Below are positions 53,393 to 64,000 of a stretch of 64,000 bases of DNA, one piece after another. The notes under the pieces are model-generated. The model saw only the letters and a program-made list of their open reading frames with translations, was not told where the DNA came from and searched no databases. How positions within the stretch are numbered: position 1 is the stretch's first letter; every line of letters begins with the position of its first letter. Position numbers and translations under genes: made by a program. The stretch is from Octopus bimaculoides. Taxonomy: Eukaryota. The stretch is from assembly GCF_001194135.2 (NCBI RefSeq), contig NC_068988.1, positions 89,559,329-89,623,328 of the forward strand. The letters are read 5' to 3'.

Positions 53393-53942
53393 TCTATTTT
53401 TTTTACCTGTGTCAATCATTTCACTGCGGCCATGCTACAGCAATGCCTTTACTCGAACAAATTGACCCCAGCATTTATTTTTTTAAAGCCTAGTACTTAT
53501 TCTATGGGACTCTTTTGCCGAACCGCTAAGTTACGGGGACGTAAACTCACCAGCTTCGGTTGTCAAGCGATGATAAGGTCAAATACGGACTCAGTAATAC
53601 ATACATGCAAACACACACATAGACACACACACACATACACACACACGCACACGCATCTCGAAACGTCAAAGACTTTCCGTATTCCAGAGCGTCATACTAA
53701 TATATACTTTTGTTATTTACACCACCTGTCCTCGTCTGTTGTTATTATTTGTATATTCTCCCATATATATAAATATACACGACAGGCTTCTTTCAGTTAC
53801 TGTCTTTCAAATCCACTCACAAGGTTTTGGTCGGTCCGAGGCCATAGTAGAAGACACCTACCCAAGGTGCCATGCAGTGGGATTGAACCGGAACCCTGTG
53901 ATTGGGAGGCAAGCTTCTTACCACCTAGCCACTCCTGTGCCT
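53393..53942 (-). mobile_element. SINE family B, full length, with internal (CA)n and extra sequence
   Basis: 5' half (53805-53942) reverse complement GGCACAGGAGTGGCTAGGTGGTAAGAAGCTTGCC...GGTTCCGGTTCAATCCCACTGC; 3' half at 53393-53570. Confidence 0.85.
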
Positions 53943-54296
53943 GTTCTATGTATAAATTTATACAAATATTCAGTTTTTTTTATACTCCATATCATTAAAT
54001 ATCTTTAACAGATTGTGATTACATAATTACACACCTATATATTGCAGTAATGTCCATATGAATTGTGATGTAGCAGTAATACGCTTTGTTATTTGATTTA
54101 CTCATCTGAGAATAAATATCTTTATACATTCCAGTAAGTATTTATCAATCTAAACCAGAATATTGCCGTAGACACTTAATGTTCTGAGCAAATTTTTCAT
54201 AAAGAAGGTGCACGTTTATGATACTTCACTGATATATAAGTATATAAGTATTTATATACGTTTGTATATAGACATATGCACCTATCTATCTATCTG

Positions 54297-54333
<37 letters not shown>

Positions 54334-54334
54334 A

Positions 54335-54375
<41 letters not shown>

Positions 54376-54388
54376 ATCTATCTATCTA

Positions 54389-54423
<35 letters not shown>

Positions 54424-55822
54424 GCCTGTGTATCTATCTATCTATCTATCTATCTATTTATCTGTATAAATATATAGTTTGCCTTAGAAGCGTTGAGATA
54501 TCTAGAAAGTTAAGGAAGTAATTTTTATTCTCAAATGCAGGATAATGCATTTCTAAGCCTGCGTCTTATTCTGTTGGAATCTAGGTAATATGAAGTCAAG
54601 GTCTGTTACTAATTAGATTTGTAAATCCGCAACCGGGTTACCAAGTTAAATTGTTATGTTGCGGCAGAATATTATAGAAAATACAACGCAAACAAATGAG
54701 AGATTTTATACGATATTGAAAGATCTTCGAACGATTCGGATATCGGAATATTTTGAAAGAAAGGATACGAAAAATACAGTAGGAATACTTTGCAGAATTC
54801 GACGGACAGTAGTATATGACTAAACAGAAAGATGGAGACAGAAAAGAGCGAGTGTGAGAGAGGCTGGTAGGAGGAATTAACATTAAAGTAAAACAGAAAC
54901 ACCTTAAATATGTTATTATGAGAAAACTAGAAATATAAAAAGAAAGACATAAAATCACAAATAACAAAATAAAAATATAAAGCAAAACGATTCAAAATTA
55001 CGCTCATAAACATAACATTTCTTTGAGTAAGCAATTTTGTGCTATTAGATTTGAAAGAGTAACAAATCTTTGTGTAGTTCACACTGTTCTAATTGTATGC
55101 ATAATTAATTGCCTTTGCTTTCATACTTATTTCTGTTGTAGTTCTTGTTTGCTTTGTCAGATCTTTCGCTGTTTTAGAATTTATAAAAGAAATCTGTTGC
55201 AGTGTTTATTTCGCTGCTATTATTGTTTTATTTCATTCTTAAACCAGGCTGTAATTCTTGTTTCGTGCAGTGGAATAGGAATTTGTATGTGCGATAACGA
55301 ACCGATCTTTTCTCAGAAATTACATTATGAGCAATGACAAAATAGCACATTTACTACAGAAAAGACGTTACTCGTGCTAATATAGTACCTTAACACAGAG
55401 AAATAGATTATCCCTGGCGATTATATTCAAACAAATATAATATTATTGGCTGTCGTAAAATCACTAAAATTCACCATTGTTGATAAATATAGCAACAGCT
55501 AACGCAGGACATGCAGCAGTCTTATGTGTGATGGTTACTGAAAACAACAAAAAAAACAAAACCCCACAAAACATTAGCTACACGAAGATGCTCTCATCAT
55601 TCTTCTAAGTTATCTAACACCATCCCTATGGACAGTAAAGTGGGAGAGCTTTTTCTGCTTACCGTGTACTAAAAGTAAAACTAGCTTTACAAAAGAAAAG
55701 GCTTAAAAGAGTAACTAAACTCCAGCAAATACCTACTGGCGGTAAAATCGACTGTTCACAGCAGAAACTACAAAACGTGTGACAAAACTGTACCTCCTTT
55801 ACAGTAAGTGCCTATAATATTA

Positions 55823-56127
55823 TGATAAACGTCGCCCTTTCAAAGCCTAGCCAGGCTCATGGGCCCGGTTTCCCGGTTTCTATGGCGTATGCTTCCCGCG
55901 GTAGCTGGACGGGACGCCAGTCCATCGCAGCGTTACTCAAGAAACATGAAAAAAGAGTGAGAGAAACCGGGAGTGAAAGAGTACAACAGGGGTCGCCACC
56001 CCACCCACCCCCTGCCAGAGCCTCGTGGAGCTTAGGTGTTTTTACTCAATAAACAATCACAACGCCAGGTCTGGGAATCGAAACCGTGAATCCGCTGCTC
56101 TAACCACTGGGCCATTGCGCCTCCACA
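55823..56127 (-). mobile_element. tRNA-derived SINE (family E) with 14-bp target-site duplication
   Basis: A-box TGGCCCAGTGG and B-box GGTTTCGATTCC on minus; TGCCTATAATATTA at both 55809-55822 and 56128-56141. Confidence 0.93.
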
Positions 56128-56787
56128 TGCCTATAATATTACTGTAATATTATTAGCAGTAAATGATATCAATGAAGATACAGACTGAAGAACAATACAC
56201 GCAATGTTACTCATAGCAATATTTTAATTCAGTGGTTGAAAGACCTTTAAAGTAAAATGGACCGATTATCCTTTTATCAATAATAATTTCGGTTTGATAA
56301 TAATGGTTATAGTGGACCAGCGCTTGAGTAATTCTGAGGAAAAATACACGTTTATTACAGTGTCACCCGGTAAATATAATCTAGAGAGAGAGAGAGAGAG
56401 AGAGAAAGAGGGAGAAATAGAGAGAAAAAAAGAGAGAGAAAGAGAGAGAGATTCGAATTTGTATGATTATGTATAGGACTTAGTCTGATTTTTCACATTT
56501 TATCATTTGCAATTGTTACTTTACAATTTTTACGATATTGAATTAAACTCGTACTTTCATGCGTTACGTAACCATCAGATTTATGCAGTTGACACGTGTC
56601 AATATACATATACGCATATAAGGATATACACACACATATACGTACATACACATACACGCACATATAGTACATATATATATATATATACTGGAAAATGACA
56701 TATTTAATGTCAGAACAGATTTTTACAGTAAAAATATAATGAAGTTGACTATGGCCTTAAGGCGATCTTCTACATATATATGTATAT

Positions 56788-56837
<50 letters not shown>

Positions 56838-59800
56838 ACACACTCAGGAATGTTTACACATCTGTGCATGTATGTATACAAAGACTGTTAATCTATTATT
56901 TTGAATAGAGATTGGTGGAATTGGAGAAAAGAAGACTATGAACGGAAGATTCGGTTTCTAGTACTCACTTGACACGCTTAAGATAATAATCAAATCTTAG
57001 CACACATTACAATACTTTTGCCTTACAAAGTGAGAAAACGCATATTATATAATGTCGATCCAGAGTGTTTGTATAATATAATTTGTGAAATATAGCAGGA
57101 CATTTTCACAGCGTTCAGTTAATTAATCGTTCACGTCCAAACGTAAAGACATGCTAATCTACGCAGGAGTATGTGAAAATTAAGTGAAAATGTGATTGAT
57201 ATTCTTAGAATAATTTCAGGAGAACAAGATGTATCACAGCCATCCAACGGCAATCTAGCTCCGACATAAAGCTTTGTGATTTGTTAAGCCATGGCACTTT
57301 TGTCTAAATTGGTAAATGTCTTCAGCACCTGGAACTAAACAGTAATAACAACAAGGATAGAAATAAAAAAAAAGTGGTTAACCAACTATTGCATATAGCG
57401 TATTTGTCCAATTCCTTTGATACCTCTTATATTCCCACAAAGTCTATCCTGTAAATCTATGAAGACATACCTATGATACATGATTTATTGACATTAGCCA
57501 TCTTCCGTCATATGTTTGACGTTTTCAATTAAGGAGACCATTAATTTGTGGTTTCCATCACTAATTTTAATCCGTCCTTTCACGTTAAATAAAGCTCATT
57601 ATTCAACTGTTGGATTCAATTTTGTTTCTCTCAGAGATATAGCAACCATTTTTCTCTTTCTCCCCCTCTTCTCATCTTTTATTGCCTTCTCTTTATTAAT
57701 TTGCTCCGTAACTGTTTCTCTCCGCTTTCTCCATTTCAAAACATGACTGCCACTCTCACTGCATTTGTCCTTCCCCCATTATCACTATCCGTTCCCATAT
57801 TTCTCTCGCAAAAGTTGTTCTCTTTCCCTGTCTATTTCTCTGCATCAGTAGCTTTCTCTCTTATTCCCTTTACATCCCCAGGAACCGCTTTCCTTTTTTC
57901 TCATATCTTCGTCTCTCGGATGTATAACTTTGTCATATGACCTCGCTACTATCTTTCCAACACTCTCTAGAACATATCTATCCTTTTTCCACAATTGACA
58001 AGTATACATTTCCATTTCCATAACGGAAAATTCACCTTGAGTACTCCTGTTCACAAATATTCTGCCTCCCACTATACTTACCCATCTCTACTTAACTACC
58101 ATTGCATTATCACCTTGATCCCAACATTATTACCCCATTTATAGACAAGATATCACATCATCTCTTTTCTATCCTTCTGACTTCTTCACAAACATCGTAT
58201 TTAATATTCCCTCCTCTTCACACATATTTCATCCCATTTTATTTCCCCATCAATACCACAACCACCACCGCCACTGCCAGTACCACCACTGTCACCGCCA
58301 CTGCCAGTACCACCACCATCACTCGCTACTACAGCTACAACAATTATTATACTACTACTACGTCGACGCCGACGACTACTACTACTTCTATCATTAGCGT
58401 CATCCTTTCCCAGCCACAAACAAACGCATGCATTATAACGAAATATAGATTTCGTCATCAGCCAACACGAATCCTACAAGCAGCATGAACATAACCATAA
58501 ACATTATGAACAACACCCTAACCATAAACACGAGCGAAGACCACACCAACAGTTTTCTCCTCATAACACCCCCACCGCTGCAATGAACACAGCATTAAAC
58601 ACCATTCACTATTTCTACTACCACCACTACCAACAATAACATACATACCATCAAGAATTTAAGAAATCCCTAATATTTTCCATCAATCACTGAAGTATAT
58701 CTATTCTCGCTTCTGGCCAAATAATATACACTGCTAGTCTTTGTGATTAAGAAATTAAATCTACAACAAAACAACTCCATAAACATATATGCTGTGCAAT
58801 TATTGGTTTTATACCTACCTATATAATGAGATTCCTCTCTTGAGAGAATTGAGTCAGTAGCGCGCTTATTTATTTATTTATTCATTCATTTAATTATATT
58901 TATTTTAGTTATTTATTCATTCATTTATCCATTCAGGCATTTATTCGTTATTTCTTTGTATATTTTGCTTCCCATTACGTTCGTTCACGTTGTAATTGCT
59001 TGCTAACGTTGAAGAATTTCCTTCACAAGAAAAAAAGATAAAATATGTAAATTAAAACAAGAGAATCTGGATTAGCTAAAACTAAATTTTATTGAAGTTT
59101 CCTTCTAGAGATTTGCTTCATAATGAGTATGTAATTAGAGGATACAAACATGATTAAGTACATGCTTGCTTACATATGTGATTATATATGTGTGTGTAAG
59201 CTTGAGCAGAATTATGCATTATATATATATGTAAACGTATATATATAAATAAATATATATATATNNNNNNNNNNTGAGTATGTAATTAGAGGATACAAAC
59301 ATGATTAAGTACATGCTTGCTTACATATGTGATTATATATGTGTGTGTAAGCTTGAGCAGAATTATGCATTATATATATATGTAAGTGTATTATATATCT
59401 ACATAGATAGACAGAAAGACAAACAGATAGATGCATATGTGCACCCATAAGCATTTTGCTGTGTGTATATACATATATACACATTTTTGTAAATATGTAG
59501 GATGTGTAGGATCAGTTTAGCCAAATATTTAAGTCGTTCACGAACCATGAAATCGTGGGATTGCTTACACGACTTTCTAGGGCAGGTTGAATTTTCATCA
59601 GCCAAGAGGTGCCCTATTGCTTGGTAATAGGATTGGTTTTCCATAGAATATATATAGAAGCCTATATGCTAGGTTGATACTTCAGTTTGAAAAGTATGTG
59701 ACCAGACTGTGTCACACTGACTGAATTAAGGATACTCTTGCCTCTAGAGTGATCACACAGTTAGAAGAGCATTGAGGAGCAACGATTTAAGTTGAGGGAA

Positions 59801-59970
59801 TCAATTAATATTCATTGTCGAACAACGGTGAAATACTCTGTGTGTGTCTGTGTGTGCGTTTGTAGATATATTGTAGTACATATTATATCATATGCATTAT
59901 ATATGATATGATAGACGAACACAGGCGCACACACGCACCCATGTATATACATCTTATATGTACATATATA

Positions 59971-60436
59971 CAGTGTGATCCAAACGTCACTGATGGGATT
60001 CAACTTTTACTAACTTCCTTAAACTTACAAATAGATGCATGAAATTTTGATACAATATAAAGGACATAATGGAAATAAATGTGCACGAGTCAAATTTTGC
60101 AACATCGCTACATCACATATGAAAAATGACATCGATTAAATGGTAGCCGTTTTCGACTGCGCACACCCGTGCTCTTTACAAAGCTGGCACCATAACACCC
60201 TCAAGAGTTTCAGACCCTACTTCTCTCATTTCTTTATTGATGTTCTCCTTCAGTTGCACCAGAGATGTAAACCTCCTCGTTTNNNNNNNNNNGTCCGGGC
60301 TAGTCAAATCTGAGGAGCGTGAAATCCAGTTGACATTGCTGTAGCGGGAGATTATCCTCTATCCAAAGCACTGCCGTACGAACTACGTTGTTTCTCTTGT
60401 GAAATGAGCAGTTGCGCCATCTTGTTGGAACCAAAT
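59971..60436 (-). mobile_element. DD41D-type ITm transposase 3' part with terminal repeat
   Basis: WFQQDGATAHFTRETT*FVRQCFG*RIISRYSNVNWISRSSDLTSPD (41 residues between the Ds); C-terminus LVQLKENINKEMRE...RARVCAVENGYHLIDVIFHM*; terminus CAGTGTGATCCAAACG preceded by TA at 59969-59970. Confidence 0.85.
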
Positions 60437-60439
60437 GTA

Positions 60440-60528
60440 AGATATAATTTCAATGGCCTTCACGTTCACCAGGCTGGACTAGAACGGATTTTTTCTTGTG
60501 GGGATACCTGAAAGAGAGGGTTTACGTC
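60440..60528 (+). mobile_element. Second, oppositely oriented DD41D-type transposase fragment
   Basis: WPSRSPGWTRTDFFLWGYLKERVYV, running into the N gap. Confidence 0.75.
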
Positions 60529-61406
60529 NNNNNNNNNNNNNNNNNNNNNNNNNNNNNNNNNNNNNNNNNNNNNNNNNNNNNNNNNNNNNNNNNNNNNNNN
60601 NNNNNNNNNNNNNNNNNNNNNNNNNNNNNNNNNNNNNNNNNNNNNNNNNNNNNNNNNNNNNNNNNNNNNNNNNNNNNNNNNNNNNNNNNNNNNNNNNNNN
60701 NNNNNNNNNNNNNNNNNNNNNNNNNNNNNNNNNNNNNNNNNNNNNNNNNNNNNNNNNNNNNNNNNNNNNNNNNNNNNNNNNNNNNNNNNNNNNNNNNNNN
60801 NNNNNNNNNNNNNNNNNNNNNNNNNNNNNNNNNNNNNNNNNNNNNNNNNNNNNNNNNNNNNNNNNNNNNNNNNNNNNNNNNNNNNNNNNNNNNNNNNNNN
60901 NNNNNNNNNNNNNNNNNNNNNNNNNNNNNNNNNNNNNNNNNNNNNNNNNNNNNNNNNNNNNNNNNNNNNNNNNNNNNNNNNNNNNNNNNNNNNNNNNNNN
61001 NNNNNNNNNNNNNNNNNNNNNNNNNNNNNNNNNNNNNNNNNNNNNNNNNNNNNNNNNNNNNNNNNNNNNNNNNNNNNNNNNNNNNNNNNNNNNNNNNNNN
61101 NNNNNNNNNNNNNNNNNNNNNNNNNNNNNNNNNNNNNNNNNNNNNNNNNNNNNNNNNNNNNNNNNNNNNNNNNNNNNNNNNNNNNNNNNNNNNNNNNNNN
61201 NNNNNNNNNNNNNNNNNNNNNNNNNNNNNNNNNNNNNNNNNNNNNNNNNNNNNNNNNNNNNNNNNNNNNNNNNNNNNNNNNNNNNNNNNNNNNNNNNNNN
61301 NNNNNNNNNNNNNNNNNNNNNNNNNNNNNNNNNNNNNNNNNNNNNNNNNNNNNNNNNNNNNNNNNNNNNNNNNNNNNNNNNNNNNNNNNNNNNNNNNNNN
61401 NNNNNN

Positions 61407-61550
61407 TGTCACGCTGAACATCCCCGAGAACTACGTTAAGGGTACACGTGTTCGTGGAGCGCTCAGCCACTTACACGTTAATTTCACGAGCAGACTCTTC
61501 CGTTGATCGGATCAACAGGAACCCTTGACGCAGTAAGCGACGGAGTGCCA
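61407..61550 (+). mobile_element. SINE family D 3' half
   Basis: GAGAACTACGTTAAGGGTACACGTG...GTTAATTTCACGAGCAG...GACGGAGTGCCA matches 10680-10800. Confidence 0.8.
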
Positions 61551-61616
61551 ACAACAACAATATATATTGCTATATATGTCTATATGTATACGTATATGTA
61601 TATATATATATGCAGA

Positions 61617-61658
<42 letters not shown>

Positions 61659-61738
61659 CATATATGTGTCTCCCCAGACATTTATAGATTTCTTGTGGGT
61701 CAAGTTCCTTGTTTGCTTCAGCTTTACCCTTACAAAAG

Positions 61739-61764
61739 CTATTATTATTATTATTATTATTATT

Positions 61765-61821
<57 letters not shown>

Positions 61822-61822
61822 A
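61739..61822. repeat. Compound (ATT)n(GTT)n microsatellite
   Basis: Directly visible. Confidence 0.95.
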
Positions 61823-62344
61823 TTTCGAAAGTATATAAACGCTTCTTTCTCGTTGGGTGAAGTAATTTTTATTTGTTAAATCCAGTTGGTTATGATAAAT
61901 CCGGCTATATTTTTAGCACTCACTGCATAACGTGTTTAATTATTCCATAGCCATCGGGCATTAAGCTTAGGCAAGATATTTTTATCATTCACTGATTCTT
62001 GCGTAATGAGGAGTTTAATACTACGTACGTTTTCTATACGTACCCACAATCGCACACACGCACATACACACACACAACACACACACACACACACACACAC
62101 ACTTGTGCACAGAAGGAGTGTTTAACTACTTGCTAGGTTTTACATTTTGAAACAGTAGAAGGAATTGACATAAAGTGTAAGTGTGAGGATGATAACGTGA
62201 AGCATTATTATACATTCCTCAAGACTTGGTCCGCTTTGAATGTCGTTATTTCTGTGTCGGTGAAACAAGTACCAGTTGAGCACTAAGGCAGATTTACTCG
62301 CCTAGTCTCACCCCCACAAGATTTCAGGACTTATGCCTATACAT

Positions 62345-62425
62345 TATTTACATTATTTGCAGTTGATGGATATTTGTCCTCATCTTCTTTGTTGTTAACA
62401 CGACGTTTCGGCTGATATACCTTCC
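62345..62425 (-). repeat. Third, truncated copy of the hammerhead-bearing repeat
   Basis: GGATATTTGTCCTCATCTT...GTTAACACGACGTTTCGGCTGATATACC matches 18276-18330; the CUGAUGA half is missing. Confidence 0.8.
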
Positions 62426-62775
62426 ATTATTATTATTGTTCAGTAGTTTTATTTTTATAACGTGCTTTCACTTCACTACTGAGCGCAGCTCTGTGCGCTT
62501 TGGGTATGTGCTGTGGTTTGCTGTGGTGCTCTTATGTTTACTGTATTGAAAGTGTCTTGCGTAGAATGTGTGCAGTGCCCAGTAGTGCAATTTTCTGTAT
62601 GTTATATATATTTGTAAATCCTGGTGTTTTTGTTATGTATTTGTCTGAATATTTTTTTATTATACCTAAGGCACCTACTATGATAGGAATTGTTTCTGTT
62701 TTTAGATTCCACGTTCGAGTTACCTCTATTTCCAGGTCTTTGTATTTTGAAAGTTTTTCCATTTCTTTTAGAGAA
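62426..62775 (-). mobile_element. 3' end of RLE-type non-LTR retrotransposon (R4/Dong-like), 5'-truncated, in (TAA)n
   Basis: LKEMEKLSKYKDLEIEVTRTWNLKTETIPIIVGALG...IQKIALLGTAHILRKTL* is the typical restriction-like endonuclease C-terminus. About 100 nt of 3' UTR follows, and (ATT)n flanks both sides. Confidence 0.85.
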
Positions 62776-63370
62776 ATTATTATTATTATCATTATTATTA
62801 TTATCATTATTATTATTATTACTATTATTATTATTATATACTTACATGTGTGTGTGTGTTTACAACTGTAGTTCCTTGTATGTTCTTTATTAGATAATAA
62901 CCACACATTTATCCTATATGCGGCACAACTGAGATTTAATAAAAGTTATGTATTTCTCTTGTAATGCCTCACCTTGTCTTTCTTCTCTGTCCATGTATTT
63001 TCGACATTCATAAGTATGGTAGACGCTCTTCTCACACTTGTTATAAACTGTTATGAAAAACTAAGATCGATAGAGAATTAGAATTACAATTAGAATGTAT
63101 ATTCAGATGTATATTCAAATATAAAATTGATGAACAGATGATGTATATCAACAAAACAAAAATGTACTGTCGTTATATTTACTGAACTACTTTACAATCT
63201 TACAGCACAGGAGCAAAAGAAATATGCTGATATTTACGTATACCGTACTTAATACCATAAAAGATGCACAGCTATATTATACGCCCCCACGCCTCCAATT
63301 TTAATAACACATATATAAAAAGAAACTTTGTAAGTACATTAAAGCATGTAATATTCAAACTTTCATTGCG

Positions 63371-63692
63371 AAGGCGCAAGACTTAGCAATTAGATTATCC
63401 AGATCATAATCGTAGGGTCGTAAGTTCAATAACCGATAGGGTGCTGTGTCTTTTAACAAGATACTTTATTTCACCTTGCTCCACTCGTCTCATCTGGCAG
63501 AAATTAATACTGCTTGTAGTTCAAAGAGCGAGCCTTTTCATATTCTGTATCAAGAGGGATTCCCTTGAGAACTACGTTAACGTTACGTGCGCCTGTGCTT
63601 TCGTCAGCCCCCGGCATATTGCTTTCACATGTAGCCTGTTGCATTGATTGGATCAGCTGAAAACACTGCTCGTCGTAACGGATGGGATGCCA
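63371..63692 (+). mobile_element. Decayed SINE family D
   Basis: AAGGCGCAAGACTTAG head, AAGTTCAAT B-box, CAAGATACTTTATTTCAC, GAGAACTACGTTAA. Confidence 0.75.
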
Positions 63693-64000
63693 TTTTCTAG
63701 ACGTTCTACTACATTATAACACAATACAAACATACCTTAGCTATAGGTAAAAACATTATTATATATATAAACGTAGAAGTGAGCAGTACAGCTGAACGTA
63801 ACGGGAGAGATCACAATGGTGGAGATGTGCTGCATGATAACAGTACTAAACATTTTGGAAGCAATAAGGCAGAAACATTAACTTCACTCACATGTGGGAT
63901 CCGGGCTGATATTTTCAAACATAAACCTGCATATAGTTATTTAGCCTGCTAAATGAACCAGCGTCCTGGATGACGTTTCAAATTGATGATCAAAGATGGC

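Noticed and set aside
8013-56127. tRNA genes suggested by A/B boxes
   Set aside because: All are SINE heads followed by SINE bodies, and none forms a full cloverleaf.
58102-58488. Thr-rich mucin-like ORF
   Set aside because: It derives from decayed (CAC/TAC)n repeats.
59124-59385. Identical ~110-bp duplicate across a 10-N gap
   Set aside because: Exact identity across a scaffold gap points to contig-end overlap artefact.
1022-61506. Long ORFs in the track containing X runs (e.g. 6674-7742, 12256-13435, 60466-61506)
   Set aside because: They are artefacts of translation through N gaps and dinucleotide repeats.

Overview
Eukaryotic, AT-rich, gap-riddled (many N runs) and repeat-dominated window with no confidently identifiable host protein-coding gene, rRNA, true tRNA or CRISPR array. 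It looks intergenic or deep-intronic. The microsatellite load and the tRNA-derived SINE families match my recollection of octopus genomes; this is inference, not a database result. Supported content: (i) at least five tRNA-headed SINE families, some in tandem arrays and one with a 14-bp TSD; (ii) decayed IS630-Tc1-mariner transposases from four lineages (mariner DD34D, maT DD37D, DD41D, Tc1 DD35/36E); (iii) a Penelope-like element with a tandemly duplicated GIY-YIG region; (iv) RTE-type RT fragments and the 3' end of an RLE-type (R4/Dong-like) LINE sitting in a TAA microsatellite; (v) many simple repeats. The most interesting signal is at 18.2-18.8 kb, where a minimal type I hammerhead ribozyme in a Penelope-type terminal repeat lies downstream of a tRNA-like Pol III A/B-box head, with no T4 terminator in between and an inverted decayed copy on the other side. 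There is also a near-perfect 63-bp hairpin at 22.3-22.4 kb and a few weak exon or promoter candidates.
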